Part shown: one piece after another, positions 18,676 through 28,245 of the stretch
Layout of the letters: each line of letters opens with the position of its first letter
Numbering within the stretch: position 1 is the stretch's first letter
DNA from: an uncultured Gammaproteobacteria bacterium
Lineage (GTDB): Bacteria > Patescibacteriota > Patescibacteriia > CAZSQN01
Reading direction: 5' to 3'
Assembly (NCBI GenBank): GCA_964609095.1
Contig: CAZSQN010000001.1
Span: 130,354 to 194,353, forward strand
Length of the DNA stretch: 64,000 bases
Notes under the pieces: model-generated
Seen by the model: only the letters and a program-made list of their open reading frames with translations
Told to the model about the DNA's origin: nothing
Database searches by the model: none
Position numbers and translations under genes: made by a program

Positions 18676-19623
18676 ATGTATATTTCTCTTTTTTACGATG
18701 TCATCATCATGGGTTTTCTGCTTTTGACCGGCGCGGGAATTATTTTTCTTGTTTTTTTTAAATCAGCGCGCAGCCGCTTTTGGGTGAGGCATAAAAAGCT
18801 TTTTGCGGCTGCGCTCTCCGCGCTCGGCCTCATATGGTTTGTTGTTTTTTACGGGTCGTTTATCGAACCGCGATTGATAGTTCTGGCAAATTACGAATTT
18901 AATTCAAAAAAGGTCAGCCGACCCATGCGCATAGCGGTGGTGTCAGACACGCATGCCGGACCGGCAAAAGGGAAAAGATTTATTAAAAGATTGGCAAATA
19001 AAATAGAGCGCGCTAAACCCGATGCCGTTTTTTTGCTGGGCGATTTAATCTCCGATGATGAAAGCAATATTCCTTTGCTTGAACCATTGCTGGCGCTCTC
19101 CGCGAACACGCCTACTTTTGCCATTTTGGGAAATCATGATTACTTGGGCGTGCCCAATCAGGGACAGGTTGTAAAATCATTTTCGCCGCTTGAGCCGTAT
19201 TTACGCCGATACGGAGTTACGGCGCTCAAAAATGAAAATACTCAAATTGAGCTGAATGGGAATAAACTGGCCATTGCCGGAATTGACGATCTTGCTTCCG
19301 GAGCGCCGGATATGCGAGCCGCACTTATGGGAATGCCGCCGGAAGCATTGCGCGTTCTTTTATCGCACAGTCCCGACGCGGTTTTATATTTAAAACCGGG
19401 CGAAGTTGATATGGTTATGTCAGGGCATACGCATGGCGGCCAGATTCGGCTTCCTTTTATCGGTCCGATTGCGCCAGAACCAACTGTTTTGGGAAGGAAG
19501 TTCACGCGCGGATTTTATGTCATAAATAATATCACCCTTTTTATTACCTCCGGGGCTGGGGAAAGCGGGCCGCGCGCCAGATTGTTTGTGCCGCCGGAGA
19601 TTGCCATATTTGAAATAAAATAA
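18676..19623 (+). CDS. Membrane-anchored calcineurin-like metallophosphoesterase
   Basis: VSDTHAG, GDLISDD, GNHDY, SGHTHGG motifs; two N-terminal TM helices. Confidence 0.75.
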   Translation: MYISLFYDVIIMGFLLLTGAGIIFLVFFKSARSRFWVRHKKLFAAALSALGLIWFVVFYGSFIEPRLIVLANYEFNSKKVSRPMRIAVVSDTHAGPAKGKRFIKRLANKIERAKPDAVFLLGDLISDDESNIPLLEPLLALSANTPTFAILGNHDYLGVPNQGQVVKSFSPLEPYLRRYGVTALKNENTQIELNGNKLAIAGIDDLASGAPDMRAALMGMPPEALRVLLSHSPDAVLYLKPGEVDMVMSGHTHGGQIRLPFIGPIAPEPTVLGRKFTRGFYVINNITLFITSGAGESGPRARLFVPPEIAIFEIK

Positions 19624-19648
19624 CCCCGACAAATCGTCGAGGTTGTTT

Positions 19649-20086
19649 TTATTTAGCTTTTGGTTTGGCGAATTTGGCGGAAACAACGGCTTTGAGGTTG
19701 TCTTCGCGAGACGGGTTTGGATTCATGCCATAAATATTCACGTCTACCCAAATCCATCTGGCGTTTTGTCCTCGCGCTTTAGCAACGGCGATGAGGCGGA
19801 AGTCAAGAAGAGTCGTTGGCGAAATAAGATCATAGCTTATATGAGCGAGCGGCGTATGGCCGTCAGAAAGCGTGCTCATTGCCGCCATAACTGCCGCGGC
19901 GTCAGCCAAAACTGCCAGCACCCCGCCTTGCACAATCATCATTGGACCCGCTGTCACCAGGTCGTTCATCTCTATTTCCATAGAGACCTCGGCAAATCCC
20001 GGCGAGAGGCCGTCAAGTCGCAGAGGAAATTTTTGTCCAAGCGGAGCATCGTTGAACCATTTTTTTAGCTCTTCCAATCTGTCCAT
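19649..20086 (-). CDS. PaaI/4HBT-family hotdog thioesterase
   Basis: 145 aa; GGVLAVLADAA...hotdog pattern; RBS ggaggag; TAATG overlap with upstream gene. Confidence 0.65.
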   Translation of the reverse strand: MDRLEELKKWFNDAPLGQKFPLRLDGLSPGFAEVSMEIEMNDLVTAGPMMIVQGGVLAVLADAAAVMAAMSTLSDGHTPLAHISYDLISPTTLLDFRLIAVAKARGQNARWIWVDVNIYGMNPNPSREDNLKAVVSAKFAKPKAK

Positions 20087-20493
20087 TAGCGAGCTCCTCC
20101 CTTTTTTGAACTTGGTCTTCTGGAACTAGACACCTTGATTGCGCGCCGCGGCTCGTCAATCCAGCGGATATTTGAAAGGATACCGCGGCGAGTATTATGA
20201 CAGACCATAACAGTGGCGCCACGGCCTTCATAGAAGTTGAGATTATCATGCCACCTCTCATCGCACTCAACCGAGATCGCGCGATCGTTCTCGCGGACTG
20301 TTTCAACAACTGTTCCTTTTCGCCAGATATTGCCGGCTGTTCTAACTTCAACACGAGTGCCGAGAGGAAAGTTTGCCCACCCCGTCTCAAAGTCATCCAT
20401 GCCCGGATCATCCCAGTAAAGTTTTCCATTGGTCGCTTCAGCAAGACGGTCAACTTTAGATTTTTCTTTAACCATCAGGTTTTCTCCTTTCAA
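20086..20493 (-). CDS. Hypothetical protein (possible start MVKEK at 20475)
   Basis: 135 aa ORF co-directional and overlapping by 1 nt with thioesterase gene; no recognised domain. Confidence 0.4.
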   Translation of the reverse strand: MKGENLMVKEKSKVDRLAEATNGKLYWDDPGMDDFETGWANFPLGTRVEVRTAGNIWRKGTVVETVRENDRAISVECDERWHDNLNFYEGRGATVMVCHNTRRGILSNIRWIDEPRRAIKVSSSRRPSSKKGGAR

Positions 20494-20664
20494 GGATCTG
20501 TTTATTGTTTATAACAAAAAAACACTCCTGTCAACCCCGCTCCTTTCTTAGAACTGGCTATCACTTTACGCCAACTAAAGCCGCAGGCGTTTCCGTGATT
20601 AAGATTCTCAATAATCAGTAAATAAACTTTGAGAAAGGGGTGGGGGGTCAAGGGTGCTTTGTCT

Positions 20665-20750
20665 TGGTGCCGCGGGAGGGAGTTGAACCCTCATGACCTT
20701 GCGGTCGCGGGATTTTGAGTCCCGTGCGTCTGCCATTTCGCCACCGCGGC
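20665..20750 (-). tRNA. tRNA-Leu (CAA)
   Basis: Reverse complement GCCGCGGUGGCGAAAUGGCAGACGCACGGGACUCAAAAUCCCG + long variable arm + GAGGGUUCAACUCCCUCCCGCGGCACCA; CCA encoded; ORF 20648..20875(-) overlaps it and is rejected. Confidence 0.85.
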
Positions 20751-20947
20751 TTATAGTATTTACTGCCGTAAATTAGAAAACTGTTTGCGGTGTCGACCCG
20801 GGCAACTTTTTGTTGCCCGCGAAGCCCTCGCCTGCTCGGACTTCGCCCACCGCGGCGATGTTCGTATTTAATCATACTTTTTAAAAAGTATCAACAAGAA
20901 TCGGTTGCGGGAGTTAGCTTAAAGCTGTAAGCTATATAGGAAATCAC

Positions 20948-21054
20948 ATTATTATAGTTGCGGCTGTTGTACAGACGCAAAAGCGAACGGCGGATGAGCG
21001 AAAGTGAGGGCGAATAATTGAGCCCGAACGGGAGCTAGTCCGGCAAGTGAGCTC
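20948..21054 (+). promoter_or_regulatory. Conserved structured leader motif, copy A (upstream of parA)
   Basis: ...tagttgc[hairpin]aaagcg..gagcgaaagtgaggg..cccgaacgggagc..gagctcATG shares boxes CGAAAGTGAGGG and CCCGAACGGGAGC with copies at 50697-50823 and 52785-52890. Confidence 0.6.
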
Positions 21055-21831
21055 ATGGCACACGTCATTGCGGTAGTTAACCAAAAAGGCGGAGTGGGCA
21101 AGACCACCACCGCCGTTAATCTTGGGGCATACCTTGCTTCGCTGGGAAGGTATGTGCTTTTGGTTGACCTTGATTCGCAGGCAAATGCCACAAGCGGCTT
21201 GGGCTGCGACCATCGCAATCTGGACAAGGGCGTATATGAAACAATAGTCGGTTTGGCGAATTTTCGCGACATTGTGAGGGAAACCGGCATTCCCGGGTTT
21301 CGTTTGGCTCCAGCCACTTCGGCTTTGGCCGGCGCCAATGTGGAATTGGTTAATCTTGCTGAACGCGAATTTCAGTTGCGCAACGCCATGTTGGAGATAA
21401 GGAACGATTATGATTTTATTTTGATTGACTGCCCGCCGTCATTGGGCGTGCTAACCATCAACGGTTTGGTGGCGGCTGACCGCGTGCTTATTCCGGTGCA
21501 GGCGGAGTATTTTGCGCTTGAAGGGTTGGGGCAGCTGCTTGAGACCATCGGTTTGGTAAAGCAAAATTTGCGTCCTGATTTGGAAATAATGGGCGCGGTC
21601 ATCACAATGTTTGAAGGACGTCTGCGGCTTTCTAACGATGTTTTGCAGGAATTGTACAAATATTTTCCCAATCAGATTTTCCGCTCCGTTGTTCCGCGAA
21701 GCGTGCGCTTGGCAGAGGCGCCGTCGCATGGCAAAACGATTATGAGCTACGACGGCGGCTCCAAAGGAGCCAAGGCGTATGAACGACTGGCGCGGGAAGT
21801 GGAGGAACACCTTCAAATTTCTAATTTTTAA
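21055..21831 (+). CDS. parA: Chromosome partitioning ATPase ParA/Soj
   Basis: KGGVGKTTTAVNL deviant Walker A; 258 aa. Confidence 0.9.
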   Translation: MAHVIAVVNQKGGVGKTTTAVNLGAYLASLGRYVLLVDLDSQANATSGLGCDHRNLDKGVYETIVGLANFRDIVRETGIPGFRLAPATSALAGANVELVNLAEREFQLRNAMLEIRNDYDFILIDCPPSLGVLTINGLVAADRVLIPVQAEYFALEGLGQLLETIGLVKQNLRPDLEIMGAVITMFEGRLRLSNDVLQELYKYFPNQIFRSVVPRSVRLAEAPSHGKTIMSYDGGSKGAKAYERLAREVEEHLQISNF

Positions 21832-21844
21832 TTTCTAATGTCTA

Positions 21845-22729
21845 ATGTCAGGTTTGGGTCGGGGTTTACAATCTTTGATACCGAGCAGAAAAGTTTTGCC
21901 GGCTGAAGCGTATAGAGCCGCGAGCGTGCCAAGCTCGTCTTTGGGGTTTTCCTCTTCGTCGGTAAGCCAGGCTGGGGCGCCGCTTCAAGCGCTGATTGAT
22001 AAAGTAAAACCAAATCCGCGCCAGCCGCGCGAGCATTTTTCGCACACGGCCATTGAGGAGCTGATCGCTTCCATAAAAGAGCACGGCGTGCTTCAGCCGT
22101 TGGTAGTTACCGCTAATGTTGACGGAACTTATGAGCTGATTGCCGGCGAGCGTCGGCTTCGCGCGGCAAAATTGGCGGGATTGGCAACCGTGCCGGTAAT
22201 TATCCGCACCGCCAATGAACAGCAGAAGTTAGAGTTGGCTTTAATAGAAAATCTTCAGCGTCAGGATCTTTCTCCGATTGAAGAGGCCAAGGCATTTAGA
22301 TTGCTTTTGGAGGAATATGATTTAACGCAGGAAGAAGTGGCCGGCAAGATGGGCAAGAGCCGCGGATATGTTGCGAACACGGTCCGTCTTTTAAATTTGC
22401 CGGAAGAGGCGCAAACGGCAGTCAGCAAAGGTTATATTACGGCAAGCAACGCGCGCACTTTAGCGGGTTTGGAGAGCGAAGCGGAACAGAAAAAATGGCT
22501 TCAAAAAATGATGAAAGAGGGAATGACGGCGCGTGAGGCGGAAAGAATGGTTACCAAAAAAAAGCGGGCAATGCTGCGCGATCCGCAAGTAGCCGCAGAC
22601 GAAGAAACGCTTCGCGAGGCGCTGGGCACGAAAGTGACTATTGAAAAAAAAGCAGGAAGAGGCATTATCGCCATCGGCTTTTACTCCGACGAAGAATATC
22701 GCGGGTTGATAAAGAGATTAAAAAAATAG
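21845..22729 (+). CDS. parB: Chromosome partitioning protein ParB/Spo0J
   Basis: ParB box LIAGERRLRAAKLAGL plus HTH region; follows parA. Confidence 0.9.
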   Translation: MSGLGRGLQSLIPSRKVLPAEAYRAASVPSSSLGFSSSSVSQAGAPLQALIDKVKPNPRQPREHFSHTAIEELIASIKEHGVLQPLVVTANVDGTYELIAGERRLRAAKLAGLATVPVIIRTANEQQKLELALIENLQRQDLSPIEEAKAFRLLLEEYDLTQEEVAGKMGKSRGYVANTVRLLNLPEEAQTAVSKGYITASNARTLAGLESEAEQKKWLQKMMKEGMTAREAERMVTKKKRAMLRDPQVAADEETLREALGTKVTIEKKAGRGIIAIGFYSDEEYRGLIKRLKK

Positions 22730-22756
22730 CCCCGATATTCTCGGGGCTATTTTTTA
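22727..22756. terminator. Bidirectional rho-independent terminator between parB and rel
   Basis: tagccccga-tattc-tcggggcta flanked by A6 and T7. Confidence 0.7.
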
Positions 22757-24240
22757 TTTTGTTCCGAAATTTTTTCTATTTTTTGCATCCAATTTGTCTT
22801 TGTCCGTTTTAAGGTGGCGCGGATTTTGGCGCGGGCGCCGGCTGTTTTTACAAACGCCAGCCAGTCGGGCGAAGGAGCTTTGCGGTTTTTATCAATCTGA
22901 ATTTCCACCACATCGCCCGAGCGGAGCGGCGTGTTTAGAGCCGTCAATTGGTCATTGATGCGGGCTCCCACGCATTTGTCGCCGATGTCCGAGTGGATGG
23001 CGTAGGCAAAGTCAATCGGCGTGGCGCGTTCCGGTAGATCAATCACGTCTCCTTTGGGCGTAAAGACGAAGATGCGGTTTTGGAACACGTCAATTTTTAA
23101 ACTGTCCAGCGACTCCAAAAATTGCTGTTTGTCTTGAAGGTCTTTTTGCAGCTGGGCCAGTTCTTTTACCCATTTGAGTTTTGGCTCGTCGCCTCGTCCG
23201 GCGCGCGTCTCATCATAGCCCCAGTGCGCGGCAATTCCGTATTCCGCTTCTTCTTGCATTTTTTCCGTGCGTATTTGGACCTCAATAATTTTTCCGTCCT
23301 CGGCAAAGACGGTGGTGTGAAGCGACTGATAGCCGTTAGGTTTGGGCTGGGCGATATAGTCCTTGATGCGGCCGCGCATCGGCTTCCAGAGACCATGGAC
23401 GATTCCCAAGACCGCGTAGCAATCGGCCACGTCTTTAACAATAATGCGGAGCGCTATAAGGTCATAGATTTTAGAAACATCCCGTTCGTGGCGCAACAGC
23501 TTTTGGTATAAGCTGTAAAGCCGTTTGGCCCGGCCGTAGATTTGCACGAATTTGATTCCTGCCTGATGCAGTTCCGTTTCCAGTTTTTTTGCCACTTTTT
23601 TAATATACCTTTCTCTTTCAATCAATTTTTCGGAAACGGCAGACACGGTCCATTTATATTCTTCAGGATAAACATATTTAAAGGCCGCGTCTTCCAAACG
23701 GCCTTTAATTTCAAACATTCCCAAGCGGTTGGCAATGGGAGCGTAGATTTCCAGCGATTCAAGCGCGATGCGCATTCTTTTTTCCGGCGGCAAGGCGGAG
23801 AGAGTTTCCAGATTGTGCAGGCGGTCGGCAAATTTTATAAAAATCACGCGCACGTCGTTGGCCATGGCCATAAACATTTTGCGCAGATTTTCAATGTAGC
23901 GCTCCGCTCCGCGGTATTTTAGCTTGCCAAGCTTGGTAATGCCGGAAACCAGCGTTGCCACCTCGGCTCCGAAATTTTTTTCAATCTCTTTTAGGGTAAC
24001 GGCGGTGTCTTCGGGAACATCGTGAAGCAAGCAGGCGATGATAATCACGCTCGGCATTTTCATATCGGCAAGAATCTGCGCCGCGGCAAGCGGGTGGGTG
24101 ATATAGGGTTCTCCCGAAGTCCGTTTTTGCCCTTTGTGCGCGGATTCGGCAAATTCATAAGTCAGCCGAATCATGGCGAGATCGGCTTTGGGATGGTACA
24201 TTTTTACGGTTTTAAGTATTTTTTCTATTCCTGCCGCCAT
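22747..24240 (-). CDS. rel: Short bifunctional (p)ppGpp synthetase/hydrolase Rel/SpoT homolog (HD + synthetase + TGS, no ACT domain)
   Basis: HD motif HDVPED, synthetase domain with YQSLHTTV, C-terminal TGS (RIFVFTPKGDVIDLP); 497 aa versus ~740 for full RelA. Confidence 0.85.
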   Translation of the reverse strand: MAAGIEKILKTVKMYHPKADLAMIRLTYEFAESAHKGQKRTSGEPYITHPLAAAQILADMKMPSVIIIACLLHDVPEDTAVTLKEIEKNFGAEVATLVSGITKLGKLKYRGAERYIENLRKMFMAMANDVRVIFIKFADRLHNLETLSALPPEKRMRIALESLEIYAPIANRLGMFEIKGRLEDAAFKYVYPEEYKWTVSAVSEKLIERERYIKKVAKKLETELHQAGIKFVQIYGRAKRLYSLYQKLLRHERDVSKIYDLIALRIIVKDVADCYAVLGIVHGLWKPMRGRIKDYIAQPKPNGYQSLHTTVFAEDGKIIEVQIRTEKMQEEAEYGIAAHWGYDETRAGRGDEPKLKWVKELAQLQKDLQDKQQFLESLDSLKIDVFQNRIFVFTPKGDVIDLPERATPIDFAYAIHSDIGDKCVGARINDQLTALNTPLRSGDVVEIQIDKNRKAPSPDWLAFVKTAGARAKIRATLKRTKTNWMQKIEKISEQNKK

Positions 24241-24318
24241 ATCAACATATTACCTTATCAGATTTTTCTCGTCAGGTCAATTTATCCAGCCCTTTTGGAC
24301 GAACCAAAAGGGCTGGAT

Positions 24319-24349
24319 TCAAAAACCCCGCCTTGTTAGCGGCGGGGTT
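24319..24349 (-). terminator. Rho-independent terminator downstream of topA (minus strand)
   Basis: aaccccgcc-ttgttagc-ggcggggtt, T5 on minus strand. Confidence 0.6.
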
Positions 24350-24357
24350 TATCAGAT

Positions 24358-26601
24358 TTATTGTTTGTTTCCCTCGCGCGAATAATCGCACTCCTTTTGG
24401 CTGCAGCGGATAACGCCTTTGGCGCCCAAAACCAGAAGCGAGCCGCAGGACGGGCATTCTTCTCCGGTGGGCTTGTTCCAAAGCGCGAAAGTGCATTTGG
24501 GATATTTGTCGCAGCCGTAGAAAATCCGTTTGCGCTTGGTGCGGCGTTCCACAAGGTCTCCGGTTTTGCAGGATGGGCACTTAACGCCGGTATTTAAGGA
24601 AATTGATTTTGTGTAATCGCATTCAGGATGTTTGGTACACCTGAAATAGGCGCCGAATCTGCCTTCTTTCGCCTCAAGCGGCGCGCCGCATTTTTCGCAG
24701 GGCGCGGTTGGCTTCGGCAGAGGAGTTTTGTTTTGGTTCTCATCTCCCGATTTGGGAAGCGGTTTGGTTTGCCGGCACGCGGGAAATCCGGTGCAGGCAA
24801 GAAATTTTCCGAAACGGCCCATCTTTACCACCATGGGCGCTCCGCATTTCTCGCATATCTGGTCGCTCGCCTCTTCGGTCAGGGCGCGTTTTGATATTTC
24901 TTTTTCTTTTTTTGTCAGGTTTTTTTTGAATGGCTCGTAGAATTCGCGCACGGCCGGCACCCACTCGCGCTCTCCCTCGGCGATTTCATCCAGCGAGTCC
25001 TCCATTTTTGCCGTGAATCCGTAATCCACAATTTGCGGAAAATGCCTGACCAAAAGATCGTTTACCAAAAAGGCGATTTCCGTAGGTTTTAACCGCCGGT
25101 TTTCAATCCGTTCCACATAACCGCGGTCAATGACGGTGGAGATGGTCGGCGCGTAGGTTGAAGGACGGCCGATGCCGTATTCTTCCAGAGCGTGGACAAG
25201 CGAGGCGTCGCTGTAGCGCGCCGGCGGTTCGGTAAAGTGCTGTTTTGGCTCAATTCCCGCGGCGCGCGCCGGAGTGCCGGCTTCAAGCGATGGGGGAAGC
25301 GCGGACTCTTTTTGCGCGTCGGGATAAATGCGCATATAGCCGTCAAAAGCAATCATTTGGCCGGTCGCCCTGAAAACATATTTTGGTTTGGCGCCGTCGG
25401 TTTCCACGTCAACCGAAGTTGACGAAAGAACCGCCTCGTTCATTTGCGAGGCGACGGCCCGTTTCCAGATAAGGTCGTAGAGCTTGTACTGCTGGTCGGT
25501 GAGGTAATCTCTTACTTTTTGCGGAGTGCGCGCGACTTCCGTCGGGCGGATGGCCTCGTGCGCTTCTTGGGCAAGTTTTGATTTGTTCAAATGGCGCCGC
25601 GGAGAAGACGGAGCGTAATCCCCGCCAAATTCTTTTTTGATGAAAGCGGCTGCTTCGTTTAAAAATTTTTCCGACAGATTGACGGAGTCGGTGCGCATAT
25701 AGGTTATGAGCCCGACTTGTCCCTCGCCCATAAGGTCTGTTCCCTCGTAGAGCTGTTGGGCAATCATCATTGTTTGTTTGGCGGAAAAATTAAGTTTGCG
25801 GTTGGCTTCCTGCTGAAGTGTGGAAGTGATAAAAGGCGCCGGAGGAGAGCGGCGGATTTCCTTTTTTTCAACCGAGGCGATGGTGTAATCGGTGTTTTCC
25901 AAATTTTTAAGAATTTTTTTGGCCTCATCGGCGTTTTTGACGGCAAGTTTTTCTAATATGGCGCCGTCTGCCTTGTGCAGGCGGGCCGGAAACGTTTCTT
26001 TGGTCGCCGGTAATTCAAAAACGGCTTCCAAGCTCCAATATTCTTCCGGAATAAATTTTTGGATTTCCCGCTCCCGTTCCACAATAAGCCGGACGGCAAC
26101 GGATTGGACCCTTCCGGCAGAAAGCCCCTTGGCCACTTTCTTCCAAAGAAAAGGCGAGAGCTCGTAGCCGACAAGGCGGTCAAGAACGCGCCGCGCTTGC
26201 TGGGCGCTGACCATATTTAAATCAATCTTGCGGGGATGAAGGAGCGACTCGCTGATGGCCTCTTTGGTTATTTCATGAAAGGTGATTCGCTTTATCTTTT
26301 TTGGCTCGGTTTTAAGCACTTCGGACAAGTGCCAGGAAATGGCCTCGCCTTCGCGGTCTTCGTCGGTGGCAAAGTATATTTCATCGGCTTTGGAGGCGCT
26401 TTTGGCAAGGTCGGTCGCGACTTTTTTGCTCGCGAGCGGCACGACGTATTTGGGAGTAAAGTTGTTGTCAACATCAACGCCAAGTTCCCGTTTTGGCAAA
26501 TCCCTGATATGGCCAAAAGATGATTTAACGACAAACTCATCACCCAAAAAACGGCCGATGGTTTTTGCTTTGGTTGGTGATTCTACGATGACTAATTTCA
26601 T
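24358..26601 (-). CDS. topA: DNA topoisomerase I
   Basis: Toprim MKLVIVESPTKAK start, catalytic core and several C-terminal Cys4 zinc ribbons; ORF-track start at 26634 over-extends into the hairpin repeat. Confidence 0.92.
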   Translation of the reverse strand: MKLVIVESPTKAKTIGRFLGDEFVVKSSFGHIRDLPKRELGVDVDNNFTPKYVVPLASKKVATDLAKSASKADEIYFATDEDREGEAISWHLSEVLKTEPKKIKRITFHEITKEAISESLLHPRKIDLNMVSAQQARRVLDRLVGYELSPFLWKKVAKGLSAGRVQSVAVRLIVEREREIQKFIPEEYWSLEAVFELPATKETFPARLHKADGAILEKLAVKNADEAKKILKNLENTDYTIASVEKKEIRRSPPAPFITSTLQQEANRKLNFSAKQTMMIAQQLYEGTDLMGEGQVGLITYMRTDSVNLSEKFLNEAAAFIKKEFGGDYAPSSPRRHLNKSKLAQEAHEAIRPTEVARTPQKVRDYLTDQQYKLYDLIWKRAVASQMNEAVLSSTSVDVETDGAKPKYVFRATGQMIAFDGYMRIYPDAQKESALPPSLEAGTPARAAGIEPKQHFTEPPARYSDASLVHALEEYGIGRPSTYAPTISTVIDRGYVERIENRRLKPTEIAFLVNDLLVRHFPQIVDYGFTAKMEDSLDEIAEGEREWVPAVREFYEPFKKNLTKKEKEISKRALTEEASDQICEKCGAPMVVKMGRFGKFLACTGFPACRQTKPLPKSGDENQNKTPLPKPTAPCEKCGAPLEAKEGRFGAYFRCTKHPECDYTKSISLNTGVKCPSCKTGDLVERRTKRKRIFYGCDKYPKCTFALWNKPTGEECPSCGSLLVLGAKGVIRCSQKECDYSREGNKQ

Positions 26602-26610
26602 AAAACGAAG

Positions 26611-26662
26611 CATGAAGCATGGAGCATGAAACAAATATGTGTTTCATGTTTCATGATACATG
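26611..26662. repeat. Inverted repeat hairpin of CATGAAGCA/CATGAAACA units
   Basis: catgaagcatggagcatgaaaca-aatatg-tgtttcatgtttcatgatacatg between dprA stop and topA start. Confidence 0.7.
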
Positions 26663-26664
26663 AT

Positions 26665-27765
26665 TTAACGCGAAAGCGCGTAGTGCATTCCTCCCATGTG
26701 CCTTACCGCGCCTCTCATCTCAAGGAGAGTAAGAGTAGCAGAAACTGTGGAAATGTCAAGCCCGCTCTCGCGGGAGAGCTCGTCAATGTGACGGCTGTCA
26801 TGGCGCAGAGAGAGCATTAAGGCCGCTTCTTCGGGTCCGGCCGGAATAAGCGGAGGAGAAACATGAATTTCCATATTTACTCCCAAAATTGAAGCGATGT
26901 CTTCGGAGCCGGTTACCAGCCGCGCTCCCATTTTTAGCAGGTTGTTTGAGCCGCGCGATGTTTCGGCCATAATGTTCCCGGGAACGGCGAAAACTTCCCG
27001 GTTATAATCAAGCGCGGCGCGGGCGGTGATAAGCGAACCGGAATCAAGGTCCGCTTCCACCACCAATGTGCCCAACGTTGCGCCGGCAATAATTCTGTTG
27101 CGGACGGGGAAATGGCTTTTGAAGCTTAAAGAGCCGGGGGGATATTCAGAGATTATCGCTCCTCCTTTATCTATAATCTCTTTGGCTAAGTTCTGGTTTG
27201 ACGCCGGATAAATTGAAGCGCTGTCGCAGCCGGAGCCGAGGACGGCCACGGTGTGGCCGGCGGCGCGAAGCGCGGCGCGGTGGGCAACAGTATCAATGCC
27301 CAAAGCCAGTCCTGAAAAAATGCTGATTTTGGCGGCCGCGAGCGGCGCCGTTATTTCTTCCGCCGCCCGTTTGCCGTAAGGCGTCATTTTCCGCGTGCCC
27401 ACCACCGCCAGAGGAAAACGAAGAGAAGAAAGCGAACCTCTTAAAAAGAGTATTTGCGGCAGGTCGGGTATTTCTCTTAAAAGCGCCGGATAGCCGGGGT
27501 CTTCCGGCAGAAGGATATTGATTTTTTCCGCGTTCAGTTTTTCTTCAAATTCGCTGATGTTTATGTTTTTCCTTTTTTCCAAAAAGATATTGGCTGCTTT
27601 TTCCTCCAGTCCGGCGGCGGTGAGCTCATGGCGCGAAGCGCGGAATACCTCCTCGGGGTCGCCAAAAGCGCGGCGCAGGCGGGCAAGGCGAACCGCGCCG
27701 ATTTGTTCAATTTGAGTAAGCGATGCCCAGAGAATTTTGTTTTTATCCGGATTTCCATTCGGCAT
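26665..27765 (-). CDS. dprA: DNA processing protein DprA (Smf)
   Basis: Rossmann-like DprA core (VVGTRKMTPYG...SGLALGIDTVAHRAAL...AVLGSG) plus C-terminal wH domain. Confidence 0.85.
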   Translation of the reverse strand: MPNGNPDKNKILWASLTQIEQIGAVRLARLRRAFGDPEEVFRASRHELTAAGLEEKAANIFLEKRKNINISEFEEKLNAEKINILLPEDPGYPALLREIPDLPQILFLRGSLSSLRFPLAVVGTRKMTPYGKRAAEEITAPLAAAKISIFSGLALGIDTVAHRAALRAAGHTVAVLGSGCDSASIYPASNQNLAKEIIDKGGAIISEYPPGSLSFKSHFPVRNRIIAGATLGTLVVEADLDSGSLITARAALDYNREVFAVPGNIMAETSRGSNNLLKMGARLVTGSEDIASILGVNMEIHVSPPLIPAGPEEAALMLSLRHDSRHIDELSRESGLDISTVSATLTLLEMRGAVRHMGGMHYALSR

Positions 27766-27937
27766 AATTGATTTCCATCATAAGTTATATCCGCCGGATT
27801 TGTACAGCGCCGATTTTGACTTTGGGGCAAAGATGTGGTAAGGTTTCCCCCAAAAGGCGGCGAGAGCTCTGTCGGCGTGCGCGGATGGCATACCCTCCAA
27901 ACCATTCTACGCGGGCCGGCAGAATTTTCGGCATCTT

Positions 27938-28216
27938 TTGAACGAAGGAGAAAAGAAAGAGATGGACAGGATAATGCAGGTCATTGTCGTTTCGCTCATT
28001 TTTTTGATAATGCTGGCTATCTTTGTCGGCATCAAATATGTCGTCGGCGAGCTTGGCTATAAAAATTTTGTTTTTGCTTTGGCCGTCATAGGAATTTTTT
28101 TCTGCGCGCGCGGACTTTATCAAGTGCGGCTTTCAAATGAAAATATCCGGCAGGAGCTGGAGAGGATGCGGTTGGAGCGCGACCGGCGCCGCCAAGACGA
28201 AGCTGACGATAAATAA
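27938..28216 (+). CDS. Small membrane protein with charged C-terminal tail
   Basis: 92 aa (or 84 aa from MDRIMQV); two hydrophobic helices then RQELERMRLERDRRRQDEADDK. Confidence 0.4.
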   Translation: MNEGEKKEMDRIMQVIVVSLIFLIMLAIFVGIKYVVGELGYKNFVFALAVIGIFFCARGLYQVRLSNENIRQELERMRLERDRRRQDEADDK

Positions 28217-28245
28217 AACCCCCATAGAAAGGGGGTTTATTTTAT
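28215..28245. terminator. Bidirectional terminator
   Basis: aaaaccccc-atagaaa-gggggttt with flanking A/T runs; between convergent ORF 27938..28216 and pth. Confidence 0.7.

Noticed and set aside
20648-20875. 75-aa minus-strand ORF
   Set aside because: Overlaps tRNA-Leu(CAA) almost entirely
27819-27937. GC-rich 110-nt leader upstream of ORF 27938 as a riboswitch
   Set aside because: Some hairpins but no match to any riboswitch consensus I know and only one copy; left as unsupported
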